DNA of 64,000 nucleotides from Phyllosticta citribraziliensis (lineage: Eukaryota). The stretch spans positions 1,798,001-1,862,000 of the forward strand of contig NW_027117341.1 of the NCBI RefSeq assembly GCF_038025025.1, written 5' to 3'. Shown in pieces: positions 11,070 through 22,637 of the stretch; the stretch's first letter is position 1; each line of letters begins with the position of its first letter. The notes under the pieces are model-generated. The model was not told the origin of the DNA and did not search any database. It saw only the letters and a program-made list of their open reading frames with translations. A program made the translations under genes and the position numbers.

Positions 11070-11360
11070 TTGCAACCACGACAAGAGTGAGTAGGCCCCC
11101 TTTCCTTTTGATTTAGAATCGGAGATTCTTTACAAAGAAATAGAGAACTTTTCCACTTCAGAATTAGGCACGTGTGTTTGCAACTTGATTGCCTTGAGCT
11201 GTCCTCTGCCCCTGAAAACTCAGTCACATTCTTGACCATGCAAAACTGACTCGATTCTTAGACTACCTGCATTATATAAAGACAAAGTCATCGTCCTCAA
11301 TTTCGGAAACCTTTAAAAAGCCAGCGCCCTCCTCTGTTGCTCCAGTTCAACCAAGCAAAG

Positions 11361-11726
11361 ATGTACGCGCTACTACAAAACGCGATCGTCAACGCGAAGA
11401 CGCAGCCCCTCGAGGGCCTCTCTCGCTTCGGCCTCGTCGCGCTCCCTCTTTTCCTCTTCGTGCTCCTCTTCGTCGTCCCCAGGCACCAGGAGATTCTTGC
11501 CTTTCTCGCTTTCCTTGGCCGCAAGGCCTTGAACCAGCTTTGTCTCTTGCCCGGCCGTCTCTTCTCTGTGTGTGTCTGGGCAGTCAAAACCACACCCAAG
11601 GCTTTCTGGTACGTCTGTGTACGTACTGGATTCGTCACTCTGAGGGCCCCGGACCCGAGCTATGTTACTGTGCTCCGGGCTGACGGCACCAACGAGCTTG
11701 TCCAGATGCAGAGCGCGTATGAGTAG
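11361..11726 (+). CDS. Small orphan membrane protein, DG-motif family member 2 (121 aa)
   Basis: TM segment FGLVALPLFLFVLLFVV; ends PSYVTVLRADGTNELVQMQSAYE. TATATAAA at ~11273. Confidence 0.7.
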   Translation: MYALLQNAIVNAKTQPLEGLSRFGLVALPLFLFVLLFVVPRHQEILAFLAFLGRKALNQLCLLPGRLFSVCVWAVKTTPKAFWYVCVRTGFVTLRAPDPSYVTVLRADGTNELVQMQSAYE

Positions 11727-12293
11727 GCGGTTGGACTCGCCGCGGAGTCACTTCTCGTTGTTTCGTTGAGAAGAGGAAGCGAAGAATGAGGAGATGAGTT
11801 GGATTGTTTTTCCTTACACCTTGAAGTACTCATTCTCTTTTGTCATCAATTCAGGTCCGGATATAGTCTCATCAATAAAATACAATCCCCCAAATTTTGA
11901 AGCCGCAGTTTCGATTGACTCGTGAGTGACTAAAAGAAGCGAATGGTCCCCCTCCAGCACTGAATTGTCAAAGTCCATGTACTTCGAGTGTACCTCCGGA
12001 AACCCCGTCCAAGTCTGTATGTTACTCGCACCTTCTTTAGGAAAGATCTGGAAACCCACCATTCACCGTCTTTCCGACCATCTCGAATCCAAATCCAAAA
12101 GAAGCATCTCCCTGCCTCGAACCTCCATCTACTCACCACTAACCAATCCCCAATGCACTCACAACGTCCTCCCCGCAGCGTACAAAAACACGCAAAAGTA
12201 ACCTTCCCAAATCAACTCCCACCCTTCTCCACCATCCTCTCTCCTCTCCTCTGCAAAAACCGCAACCACCACAACAACCACAAATATATCACC

Positions 12294-12506
12294 ATGCACC
12301 AACAAACCTGGCCCATCCTCTCCGCCCTCCACGCAGCCGGCTCCTCCTCCATGACGCTCATCATCGCCGCCGTGGTCTGGCCCGTCGTCGTCCTGCCCTT
12401 CGTCCTGTACCGCAAGTGGCGCCAGCCCAACATGTACCTCACGATCTGGAAGCCGGACGGCTCGAAGGAGGTGGTGCGCATGCCGAGTGTGTATGATTTG
12501 GAGTAG
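12294..12506 (+). CDS. Small orphan membrane protein, DG-motif family member 3 (70 aa)
   Basis: accATG start; TM segment LIIAAVVWPVVVLPFVLY; ends PNMYLTIWKPDGSKEVVRMPSVYDLE. Confidence 0.7.
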   Translation: MHQQTWPILSALHAAGSSSMTLIIAAVVWPVVVLPFVLYRKWRQPNMYLTIWKPDGSKEVVRMPSVYDLE

Positions 12507-13298
12507 GAGGAGCAGTTTGGATTGCGGGTTCGCTTTTGCGCGGAGAGTTGTGGACAGAGGCGTTGTTCGTCCGTGGCGAGCACACACTATCTATTTCGGC
12601 AAGAGTCGAACAGCTGGAGAACAGAAACGGGGACTGTCTGTCGCTAGATGGGTGCAGTCTTTTACAAACCATGACCTTCTCTTTCTCGTCCGCAGCACCG
12701 CGACACCCTCTCCGGCAGCATTGAGGCTTTTTGTTAGATATCCAGCAAGAGCAGCAAAAGTCAAAGGAAAAATTCATGGCATTCATATCATCTCACCATC
12801 CCACCACCACCTGCAAAACCTTCCCGAATGCCTGCATGCCTGCCAGCCTGTGTTGCCACGTCCTATCATCAAGACGTAGTGGTATCTAGAAAATCCAGCA
12901 GTCTCTCTCCCACAGACTGCCTTGCCTGCCTGATCCATTGCTCGCTCGCTCGCAGTAGATGTACTGCATGCAGCTCCATCGTCATCGCCACCGCCGTGAC
13001 CAAGTCCAAGAGAGACTTGATGAATCGACCTGACCGCTCGATCGAACGCTCCCAAAGCAAAGTAAGATGGAGAAAAAGGGAGAAGAAAGAAAAAGAAGAA
13101 AGAGAAGAAAGTCAAAAGCAAAAGGGGAAAGGCAAGAACCGTTTTTCTCCAACTGCACCTCCATCCGGGCACAAACACCCAAACTCCAGACTCCAGACTC
13201 CCGAACCCCGAAGGAAAAATCACCACCTCCATCAATCCCAATGAAATCATCCAAGCCGCTCTTCTTGCTTTCCTCCCTGCGTTGTCGCCACCCGTCGC

Positions 13299-16200
13299 CT
13301 ACATCGGCACGCACGGCGTACGGGACCTGTTGCTATCGCCACTGTTGTTGCTAGCAGCGCTGTGCTGGCTGCTGCTGCTGCTGGCGATGCTGCTAGGACG
13401 CCTCGTGCCAATGGCTTCGTCCTGCGGTTCCACTGATTCCACTGCGGCGGTGGCCGCCGCCGCCGAGTTGCCTTCTTGGTCAAAGACGAGGCCTCCTGCG
13501 TTGTTGCGGATTCCAGCGCTACCGGACTCGATGGGGATTGCATTGTTTGTGCTCTGCTGGCGAGGGTCCGAGTCGAGGTCCAAGTCCATGGCGTCGTTTC
13601 CTTGATTCTCTTCATGGTCATGAGCGTGATCGAGAGTATCCGGCTGCATCTGCTGCTGCATCTGCCCCTGTCCCTGCGGTGTTGATTCCCAGTCCATGTG
13701 CTGCACCCCGCCATCACCATCGTCGTCATGTCCATCCTGGCGATCCAGACTGTCCAAAGGAGTGGCAGACTGCGCGTCAGCGCCGGCGCCGCCCTGCTGC
13801 GCACCGTTGTCAGGCAGGCCGGGAGAGGGGGGCGCGGCTCTGTGCTCACCAAGGTATTTCGGGCTGTCCCGGCGTGCGGCGCGGCTGACAGAACGAGAGG
13901 CAGGGGGGGAGGCAAGGAGAAATGGGGGAGCATCAGGAGCTTCCTTCAAGCCCCAGAGACTGGCGTGCCACTCATCCATCCCGCACTGGTCGCTGTCATC
14001 TTGAGGCACAGAGTCGCCGTATATGCGCCTCTTCCAGGTCCGCGAAACCGGTTCTTCGTAACCGGCCACGCTCTGTTCTCTCCACGATTGCAATCGTTTG
14101 TATCCGAGCACGTCGGCCCGGTAGATCACTTTGTCGTCGGACAGAATCGTAACGGCCTCTGACCGATTGTCCACCGTTTGCTGTGGGAGAACGACAGTAG
14201 TATTATGGCCTGGACGGAGCGCACCGAAGTCATGGCGCTCGCAATGAAGGTCTTGCTTGCTACCTTCAGCGTCATTGTCCGGGCGAAGGCGGACCGGTCG
14301 GTCACAGCCTTCTACTGAGCACTTGAGAGATGGCGTGACGCCCAGCAGCGACCGTTGCTTTGGCACATCTTCCGCATTAACATCAGTTGGCTCAGGGCGC
14401 AGCGTTAGTGCGGCAGGAATGCGATCCTTCCAGCGACCTGAGTCACCGCACTCCTCTTCCGTGAGCTTTTGGACATCTCCGCATTCCTCGACGTCGCACT
14501 GCTCGCCATTGTCGTTGGCAGACGCAAGATTCTCCTGGAACATGGCGGCTTTGTCCCGAAGGTCCTCAGCATCCATGGCGGAGTCGAAAGGCCCAGCGTA
14601 TGCAGGACCCTGCAGCGCCTGGCGGACGGGGAATCCGCCCATAGGAGCAAGGAAAATCTGGCCAGTCCGCATCAGGGTCTTTGACGCCTCGACACCCGAG
14701 TCATCGTCAGCAGTGGAATTGTCATCTCCTGGAGGCTTAGGAGGGGAAGATGCAGGCTTCAGGTTGAAGGAGTCCATATCTCTGATCGACCGGTCCTCTT
14801 TGCCGACTTCGAGAACATTAATAGTACCATTGACCTCGCCAAGAAGGAGGCTTGTGAAGTCCGGGCTGAACGAACCACACATGACCCCCGAGTTGAGTTG
14901 GACAACGTTCCGTACCAGTGCGTCTTCCCTCGCGCGGTACAAGTCCCAGGACTTGACAACACCGTCTGAGGAACCAGTGTAGAAGCGATTCTTAGAATGG
15001 CCCCAAGAGCAGAAACGTATTCCGGTGTCAAGCCTCTCTCTCGATTCAGGATCAGCCAGCTCCATGAGAGGCTGGTCGTGCTCTAATGAGTAAAGAGGGA
15101 TTTCTGGGTGGGCCCGGCGAACGTCCCAGACGTACGTTTTGCCATTCGTACAGCCAGCCACAATGAGGTTTTCATCATGGGGGCACCACATGACGTCGTT
15201 CATGTCAAGGGCAGGACAGTCCAGCTCGATAGACATCCCGCACTTCTCGCGCGAGCGAATGTCATACATCTTAACAACTGAGCGAACGCCACGGTTAACG
15301 TTTGACCCGGCCACGCAACCCACGGCAAAATCTAGTTGAGACGACCTGGACGGATTCCAGGCCACGTCAAACACGTTCCTTGTCTCCGGGAATAAGTGTA
15401 GCTGCGTCCCACTCTGTAGGTCCCAGAGACAAGACTCTCCACACGTGAGCTCTTCTCTTGACGTGGAAGCAAACCCAGCCAAAAGGTACTTCCCGGCGTG
15501 TGGGTCAAAGCGAATCGTGGAAGGGTAGATCATGTTTTCGGGGCGTTGCGCCGCCCTGCGCGAGTTAAAGCCACTAATAGACCATCTCTCTAGGTCACCC
15601 GATTGATTGGGATCAAAAATGGTTATGGCGTTGGTGGTTGTCCTCTGCGCACCCGTAGCAAGCAACCCATTCTTGCTCATAGTGAGCAGGTCGATTTTGG
15701 CATTCCTGAACATCTTGAGCCGCTGTCGGGCCCCTGACTCTTTGATGTCCCACATCCTCAGCATGCCATCATAGCCTGCCGAGTACATAGACTTTCCGTT
15801 AGGAGAAAAGCATAGCGCCGCGACGGTCTGAAATAGCCGTCTATCTTGGGTGACGTGCATGGTGTTGCTCGAGTTAGGGCCGGATGCGGGTCTCTCACGC
15901 AAGGTATGATGCTCTGGTAACTCCAGCAATGTTCTCTCATGAATGGATCCAAAGAGCAAATTGTTTGGCCGGTTGTATTGCATAGAATCAGAATCGACGT
16001 GGCATGCAGAGCCCGCCGCAAAATGAACGCCATCTGGCGCCCATGCAACGGTGTTGACATCGTTCGAAGTGCCTGTGAATGACATTGAAGGCCCGATCGT
16101 GTCAAGAATCATGGTCGTCATCGTTGTCGTCGGGACATTAAGGTTGCGTCTGAGCTCCCGTTGCCGGACAATTGAAGTGATAGAAGGAGCGGTAGGACGA

Positions 16201-18539
16201 CTTTCGCTTAGCGTGGTCTTGGTGTTGAGGAGGCAGCCATCTTGAGCATCTCGGAGCGCAGCCTCGATGCTTTCCTTGGTGCGGTCTTGGAAGGCTTTTC
16301 TCTGTGAGGCGATGGCAGCGATCTCAAAGACGTCCGCTTCTTCAGTATCTTTCATCAATGCCTCAATCCGTCCTCTCGCTTGTAACTGGGCAAGATCTGC
16401 TTCAGATTCCCTAAGGACGTCCACAATCACCTCCTCAAGCTTCAAAAGCTCCTGCGGATTGAGACCGATGTGGACTGACACCCCATGCCAGTCTTTCAGA
16501 CCTTCTTCATCCCAAGTACCCTCATTGAGAACGCTGTGAAGCGACTGGCGCTCGAAGCTTGTGAGATACGGCTTTTTGTTTCTGTATGTCTTTCGCACCT
16601 CAGGCTTAGTCTTCTTTGGCTGAATGTTGGTCGTTTCATGAGGACCACCTTGACGCTGAGCTTGTTGAAGCATAGGTTCAGCTGGGGATGTTGTGGACAC
16701 GTCAATGTCCATTTGGCTGCTGAAATATTTCTTGACGTCATAATCTACTTTCGGCCGCGTCCTTTTTGCTCTTCCTGGGGCGGTTGAAAGACTCTGATCT
16801 GAGCTTTCATCTTCAGTTGTTGGACGGGCTTTTTGGAGCAAGTTGTGAGGCTTGCTTTTGATGTGGGAGGGTGACTGTCTCTTTGGCATGGAAGAATGTG
16901 GCATCTCTGCAGCCGCAGGTTGTTGGCGCGGTCCGGCAGCTGGAGTTGGGGCTCCTGCTAACAACTGGTCGTGTGCAGCGGGATCCAGGTGGTGCGAAAA
17001 CTGCGAAGAATTTGACAAACAGTCTATGGCTTCCTGAAGGCTGATCTGTCCGTTTCGGAGTTTGGTGGAATACCTTGTGGAACACGCTCCGGAGGTTCGC
17101 CCCAGTGCGTCGGCGAGTCTAGTGGGTCCCCAACCGAAAACAGTCTTTAGGTAGACCATTAAAGAGTCGTCCTCGTGGCTCCAAATAGCTCTGTTGTCGG
17201 AAGTGGACCTTGGGGTTTGACTTCCCGCCGAATTGCTTGGGCTTGGGACCGGCTTCGCGCTTGAAGGTGAATGCACATTGGAGGACTGCTTGGCTGTCGG
17301 CGTTTGCTGGTCGCCAACGGGTCGCTGCATATTGCTTGGCTGCACATTGGCCGCCGCTGGTTTGACACCCGATGTTGTATCGACGGCGCTCGACATCCTC
17401 TTTTTATTTGGCTTTAATTTCGACACTGGCAGACGCATGGTCGAGTGAGCTGAGTCCGAGATGTTGACCGCCTTGATAGTCGCAGGCTGGGGAGCCGAAG
17501 CCGAAGTTTTCTGAGGGTTGGATGACTTCTTGGTGCTCGCAATGGGTGTGCTGCGTCCCGTGGACGTGGAATCTTCAATTGCAATTGGGTCTGACATGGC
17601 AGATCCCTTGACTTTCCGAGTGTTTTTGACAGGCGCTTGGGCGGGAACTTCCGTGGTGAGGTCTACGACATTTTTCGCCTTCCAATCTGTCTTTTTTCTC
17701 GAGGCTTTGGCCGGGTCTTTCAAGGTTGCAGAAGGCGTACTGGAAGAGGGTGATTCCTTGACTTCCTTGGATTCCTTGGCTTTTTTCGGTGGGTCTGAGG
17801 ATTGACTTGGGGTTACTTGAGCAGACGCAGGTGTGGGCTCCAGCAGGCCGGACGCACCTACCCAAAGGTTGAACCTCTTGAGCAGGTCCTCTCTGAGCGG
17901 AGGAGGCTGCAAGTCTTCGAACTCCTTCAAGATGTGACTACTTGACATGATCTTTTTCTTGGCCTCTCGAAGGTCACCACATGTGATTTCTTCGGGTCCT
18001 CTGGTATTGGTCCGCCCATGCTTGGAAGCTTCACCTTTGTTCATTCGCAGTAGAGTCTCGTTCAAAATGTAATACCGTGCCGTCTTTTCGGGGAACCGCT
18101 TGGACAAGTATGCGAGCAGCTCCATAGAGCCTTCAGAGCAGTCGGCGTAGCGTTGGTAGGGCTCTTCACCCCAATTGGACCTGACAGCCAACCAGTCCCT
18201 CTCTCTACGCTGGTTTGACAACGTCCGGGGTGGAGCTGCCGCGGCACTGTCTTCAGAGGTCGCTGGGCCCGGGCCAGTCTCCGTGGCTTCACCATTGTTG
18301 CCGTCGGGCTGGACGGTGTTGTCTGCACCGCGGATATTTGAGCTAGAGCTCTTTCGAGAGGGGATGGAGTGTGAAGAACCTCGAGAAGGTGGGGCGGGCT
18401 TCGCCTTCTTGCTCTCGCTGACGGATGTTCTGGCAGGCCTTTGGAACCGGCGGAGGAGCTCTTCCGGGTCTTCGTCTTCCTCGTCGACCGAGTGGTGTGT
18501 CTTACGCCTCTTCTTGACAGGCGACTCTCGAAAGGGCAT
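13299..18539 (-). CDS. Large WD40 protein, Rik1-associated factor Raf1/DIM-9-like DCAF, with a Myb-like domain
   Basis: Intronless ORF (open to 18731; first in-frame ATG at 18539). WD repeats with GTSNDVNTVAWAPDG..FAAGS...MQYNRPNNLL, WDVRR and DTGIRFCSWG. Myb-like WSHEDDSLMVYLK...W..LADAL.RT.GAC..RY. Confidence 0.8.
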   Translation of the reverse strand: MPFRESPVKKRRKTHHSVDEEDEDPEELLRRFQRPARTSVSESKKAKPAPPSRGSSHSIPSRKSSSSNIRGADNTVQPDGNNGEATETGPGPATSEDSAAAAPPRTLSNQRRERDWLAVRSNWGEEPYQRYADCSEGSMELLAYLSKRFPEKTARYYILNETLLRMNKGEASKHGRTNTRGPEEITCGDLREAKKKIMSSSHILKEFEDLQPPPLREDLLKRFNLWVGASGLLEPTPASAQVTPSQSSDPPKKAKESKEVKESPSSSTPSATLKDPAKASRKKTDWKAKNVVDLTTEVPAQAPVKNTRKVKGSAMSDPIAIEDSTSTGRSTPIASTKKSSNPQKTSASAPQPATIKAVNISDSAHSTMRLPVSKLKPNKKRMSSAVDTTSGVKPAAANVQPSNMQRPVGDQQTPTAKQSSNVHSPSSAKPVPSPSNSAGSQTPRSTSDNRAIWSHEDDSLMVYLKTVFGWGPTRLADALGRTSGACSTRYSTKLRNGQISLQEAIDCLSNSSQFSHHLDPAAHDQLLAGAPTPAAGPRQQPAAAEMPHSSMPKRQSPSHIKSKPHNLLQKARPTTEDESSDQSLSTAPGRAKRTRPKVDYDVKKYFSSQMDIDVSTTSPAEPMLQQAQRQGGPHETTNIQPKKTKPEVRKTYRNKKPYLTSFERQSLHSVLNEGTWDEEGLKDWHGVSVHIGLNPQELLKLEEVIVDVLRESEADLAQLQARGRIEALMKDTEEADVFEIAAIASQRKAFQDRTKESIEAALRDAQDGCLLNTKTTLSESRPTAPSITSIVRQRELRRNLNVPTTTMTTMILDTIGPSMSFTGTSNDVNTVAWAPDGVHFAAGSACHVDSDSMQYNRPNNLLFGSIHERTLLELPEHHTLRERPASGPNSSNTMHVTQDRRLFQTVAALCFSPNGKSMYSAGYDGMLRMWDIKESGARQRLKMFRNAKIDLLTMSKNGLLATGAQRTTTNAITIFDPNQSGDLERWSISGFNSRRAAQRPENMIYPSTIRFDPHAGKYLLAGFASTSREELTCGESCLWDLQSGTQLHLFPETRNVFDVAWNPSRSSQLDFAVGCVAGSNVNRGVRSVVKMYDIRSREKCGMSIELDCPALDMNDVMWCPHDENLIVAGCTNGKTYVWDVRRAHPEIPLYSLEHDQPLMELADPESRERLDTGIRFCSWGHSKNRFYTGSSDGVVKSWDLYRAREDALVRNVVQLNSGVMCGSFSPDFTSLLLGEVNGTINVLEVGKEDRSIRDMDSFNLKPASSPPKPPGDDNSTADDDSGVEASKTLMRTGQIFLAPMGGFPVRQALQGPAYAGPFDSAMDAEDLRDKAAMFQENLASANDNGEQCDVEECGDVQKLTEEECGDSGRWKDRIPAALTLRPEPTDVNAEDVPKQRSLLGVTPSLKCSVEGCDRPVRLRPDNDAEGSKQDLHCERHDFGALRPGHNTTVVLPQQTVDNRSEAVTILSDDKVIYRADVLGYKRLQSWREQSVAGYEEPVSRTWKRRIYGDSVPQDDSDQCGMDEWHASLWGLKEAPDAPPFLLASPPASRSVSRAARRDSPKYLGEHRAAPPSPGLPDNGAQQGGAGADAQSATPLDSLDRQDGHDDDGDGGVQHMDWESTPQGQGQMQQQMQPDTLDHAHDHEENQGNDAMDLDLDSDPRQQSTNNAIPIESGSAGIRNNAGGLVFDQEGNSAAAATAAVESVEPQDEAIGTRRPSSIASSSSSQHSAASNNSGDSNRSRTPCVPM

Positions 18540-19262
18540 GGTGTGAATAGGGTATGTGGGTGCAGGAAGGATTTCCAGGTCGGAGTCGGGGTCGGAGTCG
18601 TGGTCGGGGTCGGAGGAGCGGGAGTGGAAGGTCAGGTCAATGACCTCGCGGGTCTGGGTAGAAGAGGACCTGAGGTAGCGCGAGAGAGTCAGTGCTGAGA
18701 CGGCGTGGGCGGGCTCGGCGGCCGCAGGCAAGCTGCGTCGTGAGTTGTGCGAGCATACATCCCCGGAAGTGACAACCTCGTTGCGGCGGCGCTGCGTCTC
18801 GAGGTGGAAGGTGGTGCATGACCATGAGGGCTTGCTTTGAAAGATCCCAAGGCTCAGAACGTGCGAGCCCTTATATTAATTCACGAGAGGGGCCACCGTA
18901 TATAATACAGAAAGTACATGGAGTTGTGGGAGAAGTGGTGGTTTGCAAGTCGAAGCTTGAGTGAATGTCGAGGTCGAGGTGGGACCGGGTACGGAACGCG
19001 ACGCGCGGATACGCGCCGTCGATCTCCACAAGAGCTAGGGCCACACCTGATGCATGTGAAGAACTCACCTACAATATCGACGAAGAATATTACGACATGT
19101 TTATTGCAGAAGTGAATTCCTCCCTTGGCTGCAGCAAGCAGTGTTGGGAATTCATCCTAAATGTTATCCTACCCATATCCCATCCAGTGACCCTAAACTA
19201 GTGACCGCCAAGCTGATCTCAGCAGTCGGATATCCTTCAAGAATCGAAAACCTAAAGTACGC

Positions 19263-20562
19263 TCAAAGAGTCGCTGTTGAAAAGTAGTACTGGTCCCAAA
19301 GAAATTCGTAGTCTTCAATCACCCCGCCCAAGACATCGAGCAACGGCTTGCCCTTCAACTTTCTTGTGACAGAGGAGATCCATGCCCTGCGTCTGTTAGC
19401 GTCGTTCAGTCTATCAAGGAACAGTTCCTACTTTGTGATATTTTCATAAAACGCGCCCCTCATGAGCCACCAGCCCATGTTCCAGCCTCTCTTCTTGAGC
19501 TCCTCGCGCTCGAGGGCAGTCAAGCCTCGCAGCCCGCCGGCGAGCCTCTCTTGAAAGTCCTTCTTGGCCAGCTGGCGCGCGCCATACTCGATGCTTATCC
19601 CGAGAAGCCATGGCCTCCAACTGCTCTTGCCTTTGCTATTCCAGTATGACATCGCAAGCGCGTAGATGACTGGCCTCAGGATGTATATGCATTCGGCAAG
19701 CTCTCCCTTTCCAGTGACTCGATGCAACAGCGCCTTTGGAGGCTTGATGTCATCCGCCGTGAGGACTTTCGAGAGGAGGTACGACGATATGTCGGACGAG
19801 TCTGGGAGCGACGGAAGCGAAAGACCGGTTCGGGGCATGGTCCAGCTGGCGTCGTCGCTCTTCTCGCTCGGCGGGCTTTCGATTTCATCAGATGGGGAGT
19901 TACTATTGTCCTCGAGGGCACTAGGATCAAACTCTCTCTGGGGAAGAGGTGGGCTCAGGAGCGGCCGGGAATTGGTCAAGCGCAGCAACAGAAGCCTGCA
20001 GACGGCCTTGATGGCCTCGAGCAGCACAATGACCCTCCAGCGCACCTTTTCGCCGCGCCTCTTCGCAGCCATTTCCCACAAAAGCTCCGTGTACTGGATC
20101 ATCTGAAGCGTCAAGGCAATGCGCCTGTATGTTGGCGAGTTTTGCGTCCAGAAGCGAGTGTATCGGCTGTGCGGAGTGGGGTGCGGTCGTTGCGCCGGAG
20201 GCAGTCGCGCCACGGCCTTTGCGAGGAGAGAGTCATGGTAAAGGGATAGAAGCTGGACGCCACTGTATACTACGTCTTATGAGCAAACTCATTTCAATGG
20301 CGAAAGGGGGTAAACATACTGGATTCGGAGGCGATTTCCGACTCCCGAAAGCGGCCTGGCGAGCTGTCAGATGTTGAAACGCATGTGTAAGAGATGCGCC
20401 AATGATACCAGGAATGATGTAGGTCAGTGAACGAAGAGCAGACTCGATCTGCGAGACTGCGCTAGCATTCTTGGTGATGAATTCACTGTACTGGGAGAGC
20501 CATTTCGGAGGGAGCGACAAGGCCTCTGACACCTTGGAAGATGTCTGTCGTGAGAAATCCAT
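19263..20562 (-). CDS. PEX16: Peroxin Pex16 (multi-exon)
   Basis: Y.EFITKNASAVSQIESALRSLTYIIPG, QYTELLWEMAAKRRG, AECIYILRPVIYAL, WWLMRGAFYENITK; last exon ends EDYEFLWDQYYFSTATL*. Confidence 0.93.
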
Positions 20563-20974
20563 CACATGGAGATGGCCAGCAGCGCGGGGAAGAGACGCAA
20601 GCAAGTCAAGAAGTAGAGAAAAGCAAAAATCGAGAACGGTGGTGAAGACGGTTGGGCCGACAGCTGATGGTTTGGGACCGGGAGCAGCCGAATGACGACG
20701 GTCAACTTGGGCCGAGGTCCCTCCGCATACTACGTGATGTCGCGCTCCCGCGATGCACCGACGCGATCCGTATGTTGCGACTCGATTGGACTCAGAGCAC
20801 GGGCACTGAATGACCAGCAATGCAAATGTCTGCCTGCTGGACCACCATGCTGATTGGAGTATCACGTCGGACAGGTAGCCTAGGCGCCGGTAGGCACTAG
20901 CGCCTTTAATTCTCTCCATCGTCAGCCTCGTCTCCTTCAACGTTACAATCCAATTCCAGACCAGAGCGACCGCA

Positions 20975-21706
20975 ATGGAGACACTCGACAACAGCGCTGC
21001 TCTCTTCGAGTCCGTCAAGGACTACGTCAAGGAGTACATGTCTCGATACGACGCGAGCCACGACTTTCAACACATTCTCCGTGTCCTGAGGCTGGCCAAG
21101 CTCATTCTGGCTGATACGCAAGAGGGTCTCGACGAGGCCGCCGTGTTCCTCGCAGCGTGAGTTTCAACTGCCACATGGTTGGATTGGCACATGATTGAAA
21201 CGTCCAGGCTCGTCCATGACATTGGCGATCACAAGTACGCTCAGCCAGGGGAAGATGTCGAAAATCAAATAGCAAAACTGCTGGTGGAGCGAGGAGCATC
21301 CCCAGCGCTGGCGGCCAAGGTCCAGACGATTGCAACCAACGTCTCGTACTCGAAAGAGTCCAGAAATCCAGTTGCATTCAGGGCCGTCCTCGACAAGCAT
21401 CCCGAGCTGGCCGTTGTGCAAGATGCTGATAGACTCGACTCGCTTGGAGCCGTTGGCATTGCGAGGACGTTTGTTTACACGGGAGCCAAGCGGGGTGACA
21501 TGAAGGAGGCGATTGGGCACTTTGACGAGAAGCTTGTCAAGCTGGAAGGGATGATGAAGGTTAGTAGGCGGCCGCGAGGGTTCACGGGAGCATCCAGCTA
21601 AGCTTGTTTACAGACGTCAGCGGGAAAACGGCTGGCAGAGGAGCGCACGAGACGGCTTCGAGAATATCAGTCGTGGTGGAAGGAGGAATGCGGTCAAACG
21701 TTTTGA
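20975..21706 (+). CDS. HD-domain metal-dependent phosphohydrolase (3 exons)
   Basis: Motifs [20 protein letters not shown] and [19 protein letters not shown]. Introns at ~21158-21208 and ~21561-21613. Confidence 0.88.
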
Positions 21707-22128
21707 GGGTGTCCGGATGTAGACAAAGAAGGGAGCTGGAGGGCGGCAGTCGTCAGTTGGTCACCGGCGGTGTTGTGTCCAACATCATGAAGGGCACAAA
21801 CCCGCGTTTGCCTTTGTCAGCAGAGGCTGGAACATGCGACCAATGGTAGCGCGGCATTAGGTACCGGGTTCACGCTCGTGCGGGCCGACAGCTGCCAAGC
21901 GTCCACCTTGGGTTGGTTGGTGACGGTCCGGTAGTCTGGGCTGTCGCCATCACATCCGCTCCCTCTCACTATTCTATTCCTCCCACAACAACACTCCTCC
22001 TCGCTCTGACGTCGTCCCTTGGACCTGCCAGCGCTACTCACTCTTGATCTCGCTCTCCTTGCTCGTGGCCCAGCGCCGCCAGGCCATCTCGCCGCCTCTT
22101 ACCATTCGTTTGTCCCTCTAGCGCAATC

Positions 22129-22637
22129 ATGTTCTGTCTTCGCAGCTGGATCCCCATCCTCTTCTTCCTGTGAGTCCCCTCGTGCCCACTCACTTTCACC
22201 CTCTAACTGGGCGATCGCGCAGCACAAATGCCTCTCCCGTCTACCTCGTCCTATTCATCTCCGCGACCTACTTCCTCAACCGGCCATGCGTCTACTGCAG
22301 CCTCCTCCTCGCTATCCTGGTCATAGCCCTCTTCGACTTCAACACCAGCTGGTTTGAGCCAAACACGCGATACCACCCTGAACCCTCGAAAAACGCCACA
22401 TCAGAGTCTTCCTCAAATTCTACATTCATGACCGACTTGGCCATGGAGACGGTATCGCTCGCCGCATCTGCCACAAACGAGACGGCTGGAGCCCTGGTGT
22501 CTGCCGCCATGGATATGTTCACGCGCAAGCGAACACCAGACGCTCAAGTCAGCGCGGGCGCCGCCGAGTGGAGTAAAGGCTTGTTTGCGAGAAAAGAGTG
22601 GAAAGTGCCATGCATGGATGTCATTATTCGGTTGTAG
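22129..22637 (+). CDS. BC10/BLCAP-family small membrane protein (intron 22170-22222)
   Basis: Spliced MFCLRSWIPILFFLTNASP...YFLNRPCVYCSLLL matches the BLCAP pattern MxCLxW...RxPCxxC. Confidence 0.8.
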
